Below, one piece after another: positions 1 through 9,670 of a stretch of DNA of 64,000 nt. Every line of letters starts with the position of its first letter. Position 1 is the first letter of the stretch. Location of the stretch: the NCBI GenBank assembly GCA_045648165.1, contig JAZRNL010000008.1:50834-114833 (forward strand), read 5' to 3'. Under the pieces are notes generated by a model, which did not search any database, was not told where the DNA came from, and worked only from the letters and a program-made list of their open reading frames with translations. Source of the DNA: Clostridia bacterium. GTDB taxonomy: Bacteria > Bacillota > Clostridia > UBA1381. The position numbers and the translations under genes were made by a program.

Positions 1-2525
1 TTACCTTCACGAACAAGCTTGCTGATTAAATTATAATTTTCAATTAGTGACTGCGATGTAGGAAGTCCTTTTTCATCACATTCAGGTTTCAGAACTACAA
101 CTTTTGATCCTGACTTCTTAAATTCCGGACTTATAACATTCTTAAGCTCATCTGTTGTTACTGCAAAAGATACAAGCGTGGGCGGAACGTCAATTTTTTC
201 GAAGGTACCACTCATTGAGTCCTTGCCGCCTATTGATGCAATCCCCAAATCCATTTGCGCCTTGAACGCGCCCAAAAGTGCAGAAAGAGGCTTACCAAAA
301 CGTTCAGGGTTCTTGCCCGGTTTTTCAAAATATTCCTGGAATGTGAGGTACACATCTTTGAATTCTGCACCAGCTGCAACGAGCTTTGATACTGATTCAA
401 CAACCGCAAGATAAGCACCGGCATAAGGATTCTTTTCTGTAATAAATGGATTATAACCGTACGACATAAATGAACATGTGTCGGTGTCACCCTTTTCAAC
501 AGAAATTTTATGAACCATAGCCTGAATAGGTGTGCGCTGATTCTTACCTCCAAAAGGCATAAGAACAGTTCCAGCTCCGATGCTTGAGTCAAACTGCTCA
601 GACAAACCTCGTTTAGAGCAAACATTAAGGTCTGCAACCAGCTCTTTCATCTGACCTTCAAAGTCGTCTGAAACATTCTTTGAAAAATCCGCGCCTGCCA
701 CAGTTTTAACATCAACGTGTTTTGGAGCGCCATTAGAGTTTAAGAATTCACGGCTTATATTTACTATAGTATTGCCGTTCCAGTGCATAACAAGATATGG
801 TTTTTCTTTAACTGTTGCAACCATGCTTGTTTCAAGATTTTCCTTGTCGGCAAGCTCGCAGAATTTCTCTGCGTCCTCACGCGCTACAACTACAGCCATT
901 CTTTCCTGAGATTCACTGATTGCAAGTTCTGTACCGTCAAGACCGTCATACTTTTTAGGAACGAGGTCGAGGTTAATTTCAAGTCCATCTGCAAGCTCAC
1001 CGATTGCAACGGACACACCGCCGGCACCGAAGTCGTTACATCTCTTTATAAGCTTTGAAGCTTCAGGATTTCTGAACAAGCGCTGAAGCTTGCGTTCTTC
1101 AGGAGCATTACCTTTCTGCACTTCTGCACCGCAGCTTTCCAAAGATTCAAGACTATGTGACTTTGAAGAACCTGTTGCACCACCACAACCGTCACGGCCG
1201 GTTTTACCACCGAGGAGGATTACAACGTCACCGTCTGCCGGGCATTCACGACGAATATTTTCTGCAGGAGCCGCCGCAATAACTGCACCGATTTCCATTC
1301 TCTTTGCAACATATCCGTCATGGTAAATCTCATCAACAATACCTGTAGCAAGACCTATCTGGTTACCATATGAACTATATCCGTTCGCAGCACCTGTTAC
1401 AATCTTTCGCTGTGGGAGCTTACCATTCATCGTTTCTGAAACGCTCTTACGCGGGTCTGCCGCGCCTGTTACGCGCATAGCAGCATATACGTAGCTTCGT
1501 CCTGAAAGGGGATCGCGGATTGCACCGCCGATACAGGTTGCCGCACCGCCAAAGGGTTCAATTTCTGTGGGATGGTTATGAGTTTCGTTCTTAAAAAGAA
1601 GTAACCATTTCTGAGTTTCGCCGTCAACGTTTACGTCAATTTTAACAGTACATGCATTAATTTCTTCTGATTCGTCAAGTTTTTGGAGCTTACCGGTTTT
1701 CTTAAGGAAACGGGTTGCAATTGTTGCAACATCCATAAGGTTAACAGGCTTAGTTCTGCCAAGTTCTTTTCGGGTATTTAAATATCTTTCATATTCCTTT
1801 TCAATTACAGGATCCTCAAAAGTAACATTTTCAAGGGTTGTGAGGAATGTTGTATGTCTGCAGTGGTCAGACCAGTAGGTATCAATCATTCTGATTTCAG
1901 TGATTGTTGGATCTCTATTTTCTGAAAGGAAATAGCTCTGGCAAAATTTGATATCATCAAAATCCATAGCAAGACCGTATGTGCTTATAAAATCAGCAAG
2001 TCCTGTATCATCAAGCTTACAGAAACCATCGAGCGTTGCAACGGTTGTAGGAATTTCATATTCAACCTTAAGGGTAGCCGGAAGTTCCAGTGTAGCTTCT
2101 CTTGATTCAACGGGGTTAATAACATACTTTTTGATAGACGCAGTATCCTCCGCACTAATGTTACCTTTAATAACATAAACCTTAGCAGTGCGAACTAAAG
2201 GTCTGTCGCCCTTCGAAATAAGCTGAATACATTCAGCAGCGGAGGAAGCCCTCTGATCGAACTGACCTGGAAGATATTCTACCGCAAAAACGGTTGCATT
2301 ACGAAATTCGAGTTTTTCAAAAACATTATCAAGTTGAGGCTCTGAAAAAACAGTGCCTGATGCATAATCAAAAAGCTCTTTTTCAATTCCTTCAACATCG
2401 TATCTGTTTATAATTCTAAGGTCTTCGACAGAAGAAATCTGCAAAAGTTCCATAATATCTTTTTTAAGCGATGCAGCTTCACCTGCAAGTTCTTTTTTCT
2501 TTTCTACATAAATTCTGTAAACCAT
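1..2525 (-). CDS. purL: Phosphoribosylformylglycinamidine (FGAM) synthase, single-chain large PurL; C-terminus lies off the window
   Basis: The minus-strand frame opens at ATG 2525 (AAGGAA upstream) and reaches position 1 with no stop, so it is absent from the ORF track. My translation starts MVYRIYVEKKKELAGEAASL. It contains DTYWSDHCRHTTF, FKNETHNHPTEIEPFGGAATCIGGAIRD and GGKTGRDGCGGATGSS, which are typical FGAM synthase blocks. Confidence 0.9.
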   Translation of the reverse strand, partial: MVYRIYVEKKKELAGEAASLKKDIMELLQISSVEDLRIINRYDVEGIEKELFDYASGTVFSEPQLDNVFEKLEFRNATVFAVEYLPGQFDQRASSAAECIQLISKGDRPLVRTAKVYVIKGNISAEDTASIKKYVINPVESREATLELPATLKVEYEIPTTVATLDGFCKLDDTGLADFISTYGLAMDFDDIKFCQSYFLSENRDPTITEIRMIDTYWSDHCRHTTFLTTLENVTFEDPVIEKEYERYLNTRKELGRTKPVNLMDVATIATRFLKKTGKLQKLDESEEINACTVKIDVNVDGETQKWLLLFKNETHNHPTEIEPFGGAATCIGGAIRDPLSGRSYVYAAMRVTGAADPRKSVSETMNGKLPQRKIVTGAANGYSSYGNQIGLATGIVDEIYHDGYVAKRMEIGAVIAAAPAENIRRECPADGDVVILLGGKTGRDGCGGATGSSKSHSLESLESCGAEVQKGNAPEERKLQRLFRNPEASKLIKRCNDFGAGGVSVAIGELADGLEINLDLVPKKYDGLDGTELAISESQERMAVVVAREDAEKFCELADKENLETSMVATVKEKPYLVMHWNGNTIVNISREFLNSNGAPKHVDVKTVAGADFSKNVSDDFEGQMKELVADLNVCSKRGLSEQFDSSIGAGTVLMPFGGKNQRTPIQAMVHKISVEKGDTDTCSFMSYGYNPFITEKNPYAGAYLAVVESVSKLVAAGAEFKDVYLTFQEYFEKPGKNPERFGKPLSALLGAFKAQMDLGIASIGGKDSMSGTFEKIDVPPTLVSFAVTTDELKNVISPEFKKSGSKVVVLKPECDEKGLPTSQSLIENYNLISKLVREG

Positions 2526-2544
2526 GGATTTACCGTTCCTTTCA

Positions 2545-3810
2545 TCAATTGTCTGAAGTTGCCTTTAACGCACGCTGACCGATGTCACTGCGGTAATATG
2601 CATTCTTAAAATTAACAGATCTAACTGTTTCGTATGCAGCCGCAATTGCTTCTTTAAGGGTAGGTGCAGTTTCTGTTACGCCAAGAACTCTGCCGCCGGA
2701 GGTAAGGAGCTTACCATCTTCAAGCTTTGCACCGGCAACATATATGTTTTTGTCCCCGGGCATTGTAATTTCATACCCTGTAGCATAATTCTGTGGATAA
2801 CCGTCAGATGCCATTACAACACAGCAAGCACTGCCTTTTGAAAATCTTATATCTGCTTCATCAAGCTTACCATCGGCGACTTTTTTGAATATTTCAAACA
2901 AGTCACTCTCTAAAAGTGGGAGAACTACCTGAGTTTCAGGGTCACCAAATCTGCAGTTATACTCTATAACTTTAGGACCGTCAGGCGTAAGCATAAGTCC
3001 AAAATAAAGGCAACCGGAAAAAGTTCTTCCCTCACTGTTCATAGCTTCAACTGTAGGAATAAAGATTTTTTCCATACATTCCTTTGCAATTTCCTCAGTA
3101 TAATAAGGGTTAGGAGCTATAGTTCCCATACCACCGGTATTAAGACCTTCGTCATTATCCTTTGCGCGCTTATGGTCCATTGAAGAAACCATAGGAATAA
3201 CCGTTTTTCCATCTGTGAAAGAAAGAACTGATACTTCGGGGCCTGTAAGGAATTCTTCAATTACTACACGGCTTCCGCTTTCACCGAAAACCTTATCCTC
3301 CATCATAGATTTTACTGCAGAGATAGCCTCATCCCTTGTCATTGCAATTATAACTCCCTTGCCCAAAGCAAGTCCATCTGCTTTGACAACAGTAGGTATC
3401 GGAGCGGTTTTCAGATATTCAAGAGCTTTATCAAGCTCTGTAAAAACCTCATACTGAGCTGTAGGAATATTATATTTCTTCATAAGATTTTTCGAAAAAA
3501 CCTTACTGCCTTCAATAATTGCCGCATTAGCCTTTGGTCCAAAGCATTTTACCCCAATTTTTTCAAGTGCATCAACTACTCCCAGCACTAAAGGATCATC
3601 AGGTGCAACTACTGCAAAATCAATTGATTTTGAGGCTGCAAATTCAGCAATACCCTCAACATCCGTAGCTTTAATACTAACACATTCTGCATCTGCTGCA
3701 ATACCACCATTACCCGGCAATGCATAGATTGTTTCAATTCCGGAATTTTCCTTTAACTTCTTAATAATAGCATGTTCACGGCCGCCTCCGCCTATTACCA
3801 TAACTTTCAA
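2545..3810 (-). CDS. purD: Phosphoribosylamine-glycine ligase
   Basis: ORF 2545..3855 carries the VMVIGGGGREHAI N-terminus and an ATP-grasp body. GGAGG followed by an 8-nt spacer precedes the TTG at 3810, so the real start is probably there (or ATG 3801) rather than ATG 3855. Confidence 0.93.
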   Translation of the reverse strand: MKVMVIGGGGREHAIIKKLKENSGIETIYALPGNGGIAADAECVSIKATDVEGIAEFAASKSIDFAVVAPDDPLVLGVVDALEKIGVKCFGPKANAAIIEGSKVFSKNLMKKYNIPTAQYEVFTELDKALEYLKTAPIPTVVKADGLALGKGVIIAMTRDEAISAVKSMMEDKVFGESGSRVVIEEFLTGPEVSVLSFTDGKTVIPMVSSMDHKRAKDNDEGLNTGGMGTIAPNPYYTEEIAKECMEKIFIPTVEAMNSEGRTFSGCLYFGLMLTPDGPKVIEYNCRFGDPETQVVLPLLESDLFEIFKKVADGKLDEADIRFSKGSACCVVMASDGYPQNYATGYEITMPGDKNIYVAGAKLEDGKLLTSGGRVLGVTETAPTLKEAIAAAYETVRSVNFKNAYYRSDIGQRALKATSDN

Positions 3811-3879
3811 ATCAATAACCTCCAGCTTTATCTTTTTACGCCAAATAACCCCCATGCAAAAAGCCGGGGGCTATTATTA

Positions 3880-5070
3880 TCAATGATGGAAAAGTCTTGC
3901 GTGAGTGAATGCCATCACCATTCCATATTTATCGCAAGTTTCTATAACATTATCGTCACGAATTGAACCACCGGGCTGAGCAACATATGAAACGCCACTC
4001 TTAGCAGCTCTTTCGATATTATCACCAAACGGGAAGAAGGCATCGCTGCCGAGAGAAACACCGCTTATTGAAGATAGATATGCTTTCTTTTCTTCACGGG
4101 TTAAAGGCTCAGGCTTAACACTGAAGGTGTTTTCCCAAACGCCATCAGCGAGAAGATCTTCATAGTCATCTGAAATATAAATATCAATAGCATTGTCTCT
4201 GTCAGGTCTCTTAACCGTGTCAAGAAATGGAAGGTTAAGCACCTTATCATGCTGACGGAGATGCCAGATATCTGCCTTATTTCCGGCAAGACGAGTACAG
4301 TGAATTCTCGATTGCTGTCCGGCTCCAACACCTATAGCCTGTCCGTCCTTTGCAAAGCAAACAGAGTTAGACTGTGTATATTTGAGTGTAATAAGAGCAA
4401 TAATAAGGTCTCTCTTAGCCTCTTCTGAAAGCTCTCTATTTGCAGTTACAATTTCTGTGAGCATAGAGTTATCAATTTTAACATTGTTTCTTCCCTGCTC
4501 AAAAGAAATTCCATAAACCTGCTTAATCTCGATTTCTTCAGGAATATAGCTTTCATCTATTTTTATAACATTGTATGAGCCGTTTCTCTTTTGCTTTAAA
4601 ATTTCAAGCGCTTCATCTGTATAACCGGGAGCTATAACGCCGTCGGAAACCTCACGCTTTATAAGGCGTGCAGTTACTGCATCACAGACATCGGATAGAG
4701 CAATAAAATCACCGAAAGAGGACATTCTGTCTGTTCCTCTTGCTCTTGCATAAGCGCAAGCGAGAGGTGAAGAATCAAGGTCAGCAAGATCATCTACAAA
4801 GCAAGCTTTTTTTAGTTTTTCATCAAGAATCGTACCAACCGCTGCCGATGTAGGGCTTACGTGCTTGAATGAAGCTGCGCAAGGCATACCTGTTGCCTCT
4901 TTTATTTCTTTAACAAGCTGCCAACTGTTAAGTGCATCAAGAAAATTGATATATCCCGGTCTTCCGCAAAGAATTTTAATAGGAAGTTCGCCGTTTTCCA
5001 TATAAATCCTTGCCGGCTTCTGATTAGGGTTACAACCGTATTTAAGTTCAAATTCTTTCATTGCATTCAT
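3880..5070 (-). CDS. purH: AICAR formyltransferase, transformylase-only PurH (no MGS-like IMP cyclohydrolase domain)
   Basis: 396 aa, about 130 aa shorter than a bifunctional PurH. It has AICARFT-type blocks (GISFEQGRN, GAGQQSRIHCTRLAG, SDAFFPF). It sits in the pur operon directly before a PurO-type cyclohydrolase gene. Confidence 0.85.
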   Translation of the reverse strand: MNAMKEFELKYGCNPNQKPARIYMENGELPIKILCGRPGYINFLDALNSWQLVKEIKEATGMPCAASFKHVSPTSAAVGTILDEKLKKACFVDDLADLDSSPLACAYARARGTDRMSSFGDFIALSDVCDAVTARLIKREVSDGVIAPGYTDEALEILKQKRNGSYNVIKIDESYIPEEIEIKQVYGISFEQGRNNVKIDNSMLTEIVTANRELSEEAKRDLIIALITLKYTQSNSVCFAKDGQAIGVGAGQQSRIHCTRLAGNKADIWHLRQHDKVLNLPFLDTVKRPDRDNAIDIYISDDYEDLLADGVWENTFSVKPEPLTREEKKAYLSSISGVSLGSDAFFPFGDNIERAAKSGVSYVAQPGGSIRDDNVIETCDKYGMVMAFTHARLFHH

Positions 5071-5075
5071 TCCTT

Positions 5076-5795
5076 TCAGACATTTCCGTTTATCATTCTG
5101 TTTTCTACAGTACCATCTATAAGCGAAACAAATCTTACATAAAGAGAGATTTTGTTCTTACTATCCAGATTAGTCCAGATATCATTTGTAAATTCATCAA
5201 TATCATTGGGAATTGAAACCCTCTCAGGCTCACCTAAAAATGTGGGTATAGGATTTCCATCAGTTACGTATGTGTGAATAAAATGACCGGTTCCGGGAAG
5301 CGCAGTATATGAAAAAGTGTAACGGTTACATTCTGTTCCCTCTGCATCCGCACTCTTGAGAATACTCATCTTATACTTTAGTTTCTCGTCTGAAAAATCA
5401 AACATACCACTTATTCTCGGTGTAAGATTTGGTGCATCAGGCTCAAACTCTCTTGTTTCAAGAGCCTCCTCAAAAGTTTTTCCATCTTTTATAAAGTCAT
5501 AAACAGTATCAGTCTGGTCACCATTTGTGACAATAAGATAATCACCAATTTTTCTGATTGGTGAATAAATTATAAGAGAGGGGTCTTCTACCTTCGATGC
5601 ATCAAAGGGATGGATTATAACCTCATCACCATTTTCTACAAAAATTCTATTTCTTGAATTTTCACTGCGACCCATAATGAAATATGCAACAGCAGCTTTT
5701 GTTCCGTCGGTTGTTTTTCCGAGAACTATACCTCGTCCTACATAAGGATTGCCGGAAATCAGCTCTCCTATGTTTTTTTGCTCGTACACGTTCAT
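5076..5795 (-). CDS. purO: IMP cyclohydrolase, PurO-like (archaeal type)
   Basis: The sequence from MNVYEQKNIGELISGNPYVGRGIVLGKT...AYFIMGRSENSRNR matches the IMP_cyclohyd family as I remember it. A GGGAG RBS sits before ATG 5795. The longer ORF start at 5864 would overlap purN by 67 nt. Confidence 0.75.
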   Translation of the reverse strand: MNVYEQKNIGELISGNPYVGRGIVLGKTTDGTKAAVAYFIMGRSENSRNRIFVENGDEVIIHPFDASKVEDPSLIIYSPIRKIGDYLIVTNGDQTDTVYDFIKDGKTFEEALETREFEPDAPNLTPRISGMFDFSDEKLKYKMSILKSADAEGTECNRYTFSYTALPGTGHFIHTYVTDGNPIPTFLGEPERVSIPNDIDEFTNDIWTNLDSKNKISLYVRFVSLIDGTVENRMINGNV

Positions 5796-5797
5796 TG

Positions 5798-6400
5798 TTA
5801 TTCTCCCTTCTCTTTTAAAAGCTTCTGCGAAACTATTTCCGCTGCAGCAGGCAAAATCTTCCATTCTGCCTGTTCCATAACTCTTTTTTGTAAAATATCA
5901 GGTGTATCACCGCTTTGAATTTCAACTGCTTTTTGCAAAATAATCTCGCCGCCGTCAGGAATTTCGTTTACATAGTGAACTGTTGCACCAGTCACTTTAA
6001 CACCATATTCAAGTGCAGCCTCATGGACATGAAGACCATAAAAACCTTTGCCGCAAAACGAGGGAATGAGTGAAGGATGAACATTTATAATACGCTTAGG
6101 ATATTTAGAAGTAAAGTTTTCACTGAGAATACACATAAATCCGGCAAGAATTATAAGCTCTATTCCATTTTCTTCAAGAACTGAAACAAGATTTTGTTCA
6201 AAAACTGACTGCTCTACTCCCTTTTTGGGAACAACTGATGTTTTTATTCCAGCTTTTTCTGCGCGCTTTAGTGCATATGCATCTTCATTATTTGAAACCA
6301 CAAGCACAATTTCGCCACTCTTCAGGCTATCTGAATCAATAAGTGCCTGAAGATTTGTTCCGCCACCTGAAACCAAGACAGCAATCTTCGTCTTTAGCAT
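5798..6400 (-). CDS. purN: Phosphoribosylglycinamide formyltransferase
   Basis: 200 aa with [26 protein letters not shown] and GATVHYV blocks. It overlaps the purM stop by 7 nt. Confidence 0.93.
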   Translation of the reverse strand: MLKTKIAVLVSGGGTNLQALIDSDSLKSGEIVLVVSNNEDAYALKRAEKAGIKTSVVPKKGVEQSVFEQNLVSVLEENGIELIILAGFMCILSENFTSKYPKRIINVHPSLIPSFCGKGFYGLHVHEAALEYGVKVTGATVHYVNEIPDGGEIILQKAVEIQSGDTPDILQKRVMEQAEWKILPAAAEIVSQKLLKEKGE

Positions 6401-7422
6401 ATGATAACACCTTCCTCAGAACGAACGATTTCGCCAATTATGTATGCATTTTCTCCGTTTGCTCTGAGTATTTCAAGCGCTTTATCTGCGTCATTCTTAG
6501 AAACTGTAATACTCATACCAACACCCATATTGAATGTGTTGAACATATCTCTTTCAGGGATATTACCTGTTTTTTGAATTAAATCAAAAACAGGAAGAAT
6601 TTTAACTGCAGACTTTTCAATCTTAGCACCAAATCCTGAGGGTATGCTTCTTGGGATGTTTTCGTAGAAACCTCCACCTGTAATGTGAGATACTGCCTTA
6701 ACAGTAATACTATCAAAAAGTGCAAGCATAGGCTTTACGTAAATTTTCGTGGGAGTAAGAAGAGTTTCACCAATAGTGCTTCCCTCAAACTTTTCAAAAA
6801 TCTTATCAGTTTCGCCTATTCCAAACACACGTCTTACAAGTGAAAAACCGTTTGAATGAACACCGCTTGACGGAAGTGCAATTATAACATCGCCCTCTTG
6901 TACAGTTGAGTTATCAAGAACCTTTGATTTATCAACAACACCAACAGAGAAACCTGCAAGGTCATATTCATCCACAGGGTAAAAACCGGGCATTTCAGCA
7001 GTTTCTCCACCAATCAGTGAGCAACCAGACTGAACGCATCCATCTGCAATACCTGAAACAATTGAAGCAATTTTTTCAGGATAATTTTTTCCGCAGGCAA
7101 TATAGTCCAGGAAAAATAAGGGTTTTGCACCGCAGCAGATTATATCATTAACACACATTGCCACGCAATCGATACCAACGGTATCATGCTTATCAAGTAA
7201 AAACGCCATCTTAAGCTTTGTACCAACACCATCTGTTCCACTGACTAACACAGGCTTTGTAATACCTGTCATATCAAGCTCAAAAAGTCCGCCAAAACCA
7301 CCAATAACAGATGCGGCTCCTGTTCTTTTAATATGCTCTTTCATAAGTTCAACCGCTTTGTAGCCTGCGGTTATATCAACGCCTGCTGCTGCGTAGCTAT
7401 CTGATTTTGATTTTGAATTCAT
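6394..7422 (-). CDS. purM: Phosphoribosylformylglycinamidine cyclo-ligase (AIR synthetase)
   Basis: 342 aa with [24 protein letters not shown] and HITGGG motifs. Confidence 0.95.
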   Translation of the reverse strand: MNSKSKSDSYAAAGVDITAGYKAVELMKEHIKRTGAASVIGGFGGLFELDMTGITKPVLVSGTDGVGTKLKMAFLLDKHDTVGIDCVAMCVNDIICCGAKPLFFLDYIACGKNYPEKIASIVSGIADGCVQSGCSLIGGETAEMPGFYPVDEYDLAGFSVGVVDKSKVLDNSTVQEGDVIIALPSSGVHSNGFSLVRRVFGIGETDKIFEKFEGSTIGETLLTPTKIYVKPMLALFDSITVKAVSHITGGGFYENIPRSIPSGFGAKIEKSAVKILPVFDLIQKTGNIPERDMFNTFNMGVGMSITVSKNDADKALEILRANGENAYIIGEIVRSEEGVIIC

Positions 7423-7441
7423 AATTAATTTGTCCTTTCTG

Positions 7442-8866
7442 TTATTCTTTACCGTCCCAGCAATATGTGCAAAGCTTACACGGCTCTAATCCTATTGACT
7501 CTATAACACCCTCCAGCGTCTGGAACTCAAGCGAGGCAAAATTGAACTTATCACATATAGCCTTCCTGAGGTTTTTTCCTCTCTCAGTTGATGTATCACT
7601 ATATTCATCAATATGCTTAAGACCTTCCTCTCCCTCAAGCTCAACAATGATACGCCTTGCAATAAGCTCCATTTCATCAGTTGCACGCGTGAAATTGAGA
7701 TATTTACAGCTATACATAATAGGTGGGCATGCGGACCTCATATGAACAGCCTTAGCACCATTTGCATAAAGAAAATCTACAGTTTCCTTCAGCTGAGTTC
7801 CCCTTACTATAGAATCGTCTACAAACAAAAGACTCTTGTCCATTATAAGCTCATGAACAGGTATCTGCTTCATTTTCGCAATTTTATTTCTGTCGGACTG
7901 CTTTGCAGGTGTAAAGCTTCGTGCCCATGTTGGAGTATATTTAATAAACGGACGGGCAAACGGAATATGTGAATTATTTGCATATCCTATAGCATGCGGA
8001 GTACCGGAATCAGGAACACCACCTACAAAGTCTATGTCCATATCCATTCCATTTTTTCTGTCGTTTTCAGCCAGTATGCTACCATTTTTGCATCGCATAA
8101 CCTCTACATTAACACCTTCGTAATTAGATGTCGGATAACCGTAGTAGGTCCACAAAAAAGCACATATTTTCATTTTGTCGCCGGGAGGATTGTGCTGTAT
8201 GAGCTTTTCGGAAGTTAATTCAACAATCTCACCGGGACCAAGTTCCTTTTCATCCTCATATCCAAGCTTTTTATACGCAAAAGATTCAAACGAAACACAC
8301 ATTCCATCCTCATTTTTTCCCACAAGAACCGGTAATCTTCCAACCTTGTCTCTTGCAACTATGATGGAACCGTCATTTTTTAAAATAAGAATTGAAACCG
8401 AACCTTTAACAACTTCATGAGCAAATTTAATCCCTTCAACAATGTCGCCCTTCATATTTATCAGAGCAGCTATAAGGTCTACTGAATTTACTTTTCCACC
8501 GGTCATTGCACCAAAGTGCCCACCGCCAAAGTTGAGATATTCTTCAATAAGCTCCTCAGAATTATTTATAAGACCAATTACCGAGATAGCATATGTTCCC
8601 GCTTTAGAACGTATGAGAAGAGGCTGGGGGTCGGAATCGCTTATTGCGCCAATGGCTGACGTTCCCTGCATTTCATCAAATATTTTTTCAAACTTAGTTC
8701 GGAACGGTGAATTCTGGATGTTGTGTATGTCCCGCTGTAAACCAATCTCTTTATCAAAAGCCGCCACACCGCCGCGTCTGGTCCCAAGATGTGAATGATA
8801 ATCAGTTCCAAAGAAAACGTCATATATAGCATCATGTTTGCTTACTACACCAAAAAAGCCACCCAT
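7442..8866 (-). CDS. purF: Amidophosphoribosyltransferase-like protein with an intact PRTase domain but no N-terminal Cys nucleophile
   Basis: 474 aa. The N-terminus is MGGFFGV where PurF normally has MCG(I/V)xG. The PRPP loop [16 protein letters not shown] is present. It occupies the purF slot in the operon. See findings. Confidence 0.8.
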   Translation of the reverse strand: MGGFFGVVSKHDAIYDVFFGTDYHSHLGTRRGGVAAFDKEIGLQRDIHNIQNSPFRTKFEKIFDEMQGTSAIGAISDSDPQPLLIRSKAGTYAISVIGLINNSEELIEEYLNFGGGHFGAMTGGKVNSVDLIAALINMKGDIVEGIKFAHEVVKGSVSILILKNDGSIIVARDKVGRLPVLVGKNEDGMCVSFESFAYKKLGYEDEKELGPGEIVELTSEKLIQHNPPGDKMKICAFLWTYYGYPTSNYEGVNVEVMRCKNGSILAENDRKNGMDMDIDFVGGVPDSGTPHAIGYANNSHIPFARPFIKYTPTWARSFTPAKQSDRNKIAKMKQIPVHELIMDKSLLFVDDSIVRGTQLKETVDFLYANGAKAVHMRSACPPIMYSCKYLNFTRATDEMELIARRIIVELEGEEGLKHIDEYSDTSTERGKNLRKAICDKFNFASLEFQTLEGVIESIGLEPCKLCTYCWDGKE

Positions 8867-8906
8867 TAAGCTAAAATCCCCTTTCAGACAATTAGATAAG
8901 ATTTAA

Positions 8907-9401
8907 TCAATTGTTGTATTTATTGCTGATTTTAGCATCAGCATCAAGAACTTTTTCTGCTCCTGCTGCTCTCTCATCATCCAACCGCTGCGCAAGTCTG
9001 TCATCGTTTACTGAGAGAATTTCAACAGCCAGAAGAGCAGCATTATGTGCTCCGTCAATTGCAACTGTTGCAACAGGCATACCGTTCGGCATCTGAACTG
9101 TTGAGAGCAGCGCATCCATTCCGTCAAGAACAGAAGCCTTCACAGGAATTCCGATAACAGGAAGAGTGGTGTTTGCAGCAATTGCTCCTGCAAGATGAGC
9201 CGCTTTACCTGCAGCTGCGATAATTGCACCAAAGCCATTTGCCCTTGCATTGGCCGCAAATTCCTTAGCCTGTACCGGTGTACGATGTGCAGAATATACG
9301 TGCACCTCAAAAGGTACGTTATACCTTTTCAAAACATCTATTCCCTTTTCAACAACAGGTAAGTCTGAATCGCTACCCATGATAATTGCCACTTTTTTCA
9401 T
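8907..9401 (-). CDS. purE: N5-carboxyaminoimidazole ribonucleotide mutase (class I PurE)
   Basis: Starting at [16 protein letters not shown], with SAHRTP and [10 protein letters not shown] class-I signatures. The 30 extra codons of ORF 8907..9491 run through the riboswitch and terminator, so I rejected that start. Confidence 0.92.
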   Translation of the reverse strand: MKKVAIIMGSDSDLPVVEKGIDVLKRYNVPFEVHVYSAHRTPVQAKEFAANARANGFGAIIAAAGKAAHLAGAIAANTTLPVIGIPVKASVLDGMDALLSTVQMPNGMPVATVAIDGAHNAALLAVEILSVNDDRLAQRLDDERAAGAEKVLDADAKISNKYNN

Positions 9402-9435
9402 CACAAATTCCAACCTTTCGCTATTAGAATAATCA

Positions 9436-9560
9436 TAAAAAGGCAGACCCATTCTATTCACGGTTGAACAGGCTGCCCAGACGGTCGACAAAAAAGTTTT
9501 CCGTTTTCTGCTCCCTTGCGGTGCACCGCAAACCCGTCAGTTACAAAAAACGCCATTCTT
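9436..9560 (-). promoter_or_regulatory. ZTP (pfl-motif) riboswitch with terminator expression platform, leader of the pur operon
   Basis: The minus-strand leader reads GUAACUGACGGGUUUGCGGUGCACCGCAAGGGAGCAG, then a linker, then GUCGACCGUCUGGGCAGCC. The remembered pfl consensus is ACUGGCG...CCACCGGGGAGC...CGACCGCCUGGGCA. The GGCAGCC segment can alternatively pair with GGUCUGCC, which is followed by UUUUUAU, forming a terminator. Confidence 0.75.
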
Positions 9561-9596
9561 TATTTTGAAAGAATACTATAAAAATGTTATGTCAAT

Positions 9597-9625
9597 ATTA
9601 TACCAAAATCCAAAAAAACTGTCAA
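9597..9625 (-). promoter_or_regulatory. Sigma-A type promoter of the pur operon
   Basis: On the minus strand: TTGACA (9625-9620), a 17-nt spacer, then TATAAT (9602-9597). Both hexamers match consensus perfectly. Confidence 0.7.
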
Positions 9626-9670
9626 GAGTTATAATGACAAAATTTATATATATTTATAAATATAATTTAT

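Noticed and set aside
8907-9491. Long 194-aa version of purE.
   Set aside because: The extra 30 codons run through the ZTP riboswitch 3' strand and the terminator hairpin. Homology starts at [13 protein letters not shown] (ATG 9401).
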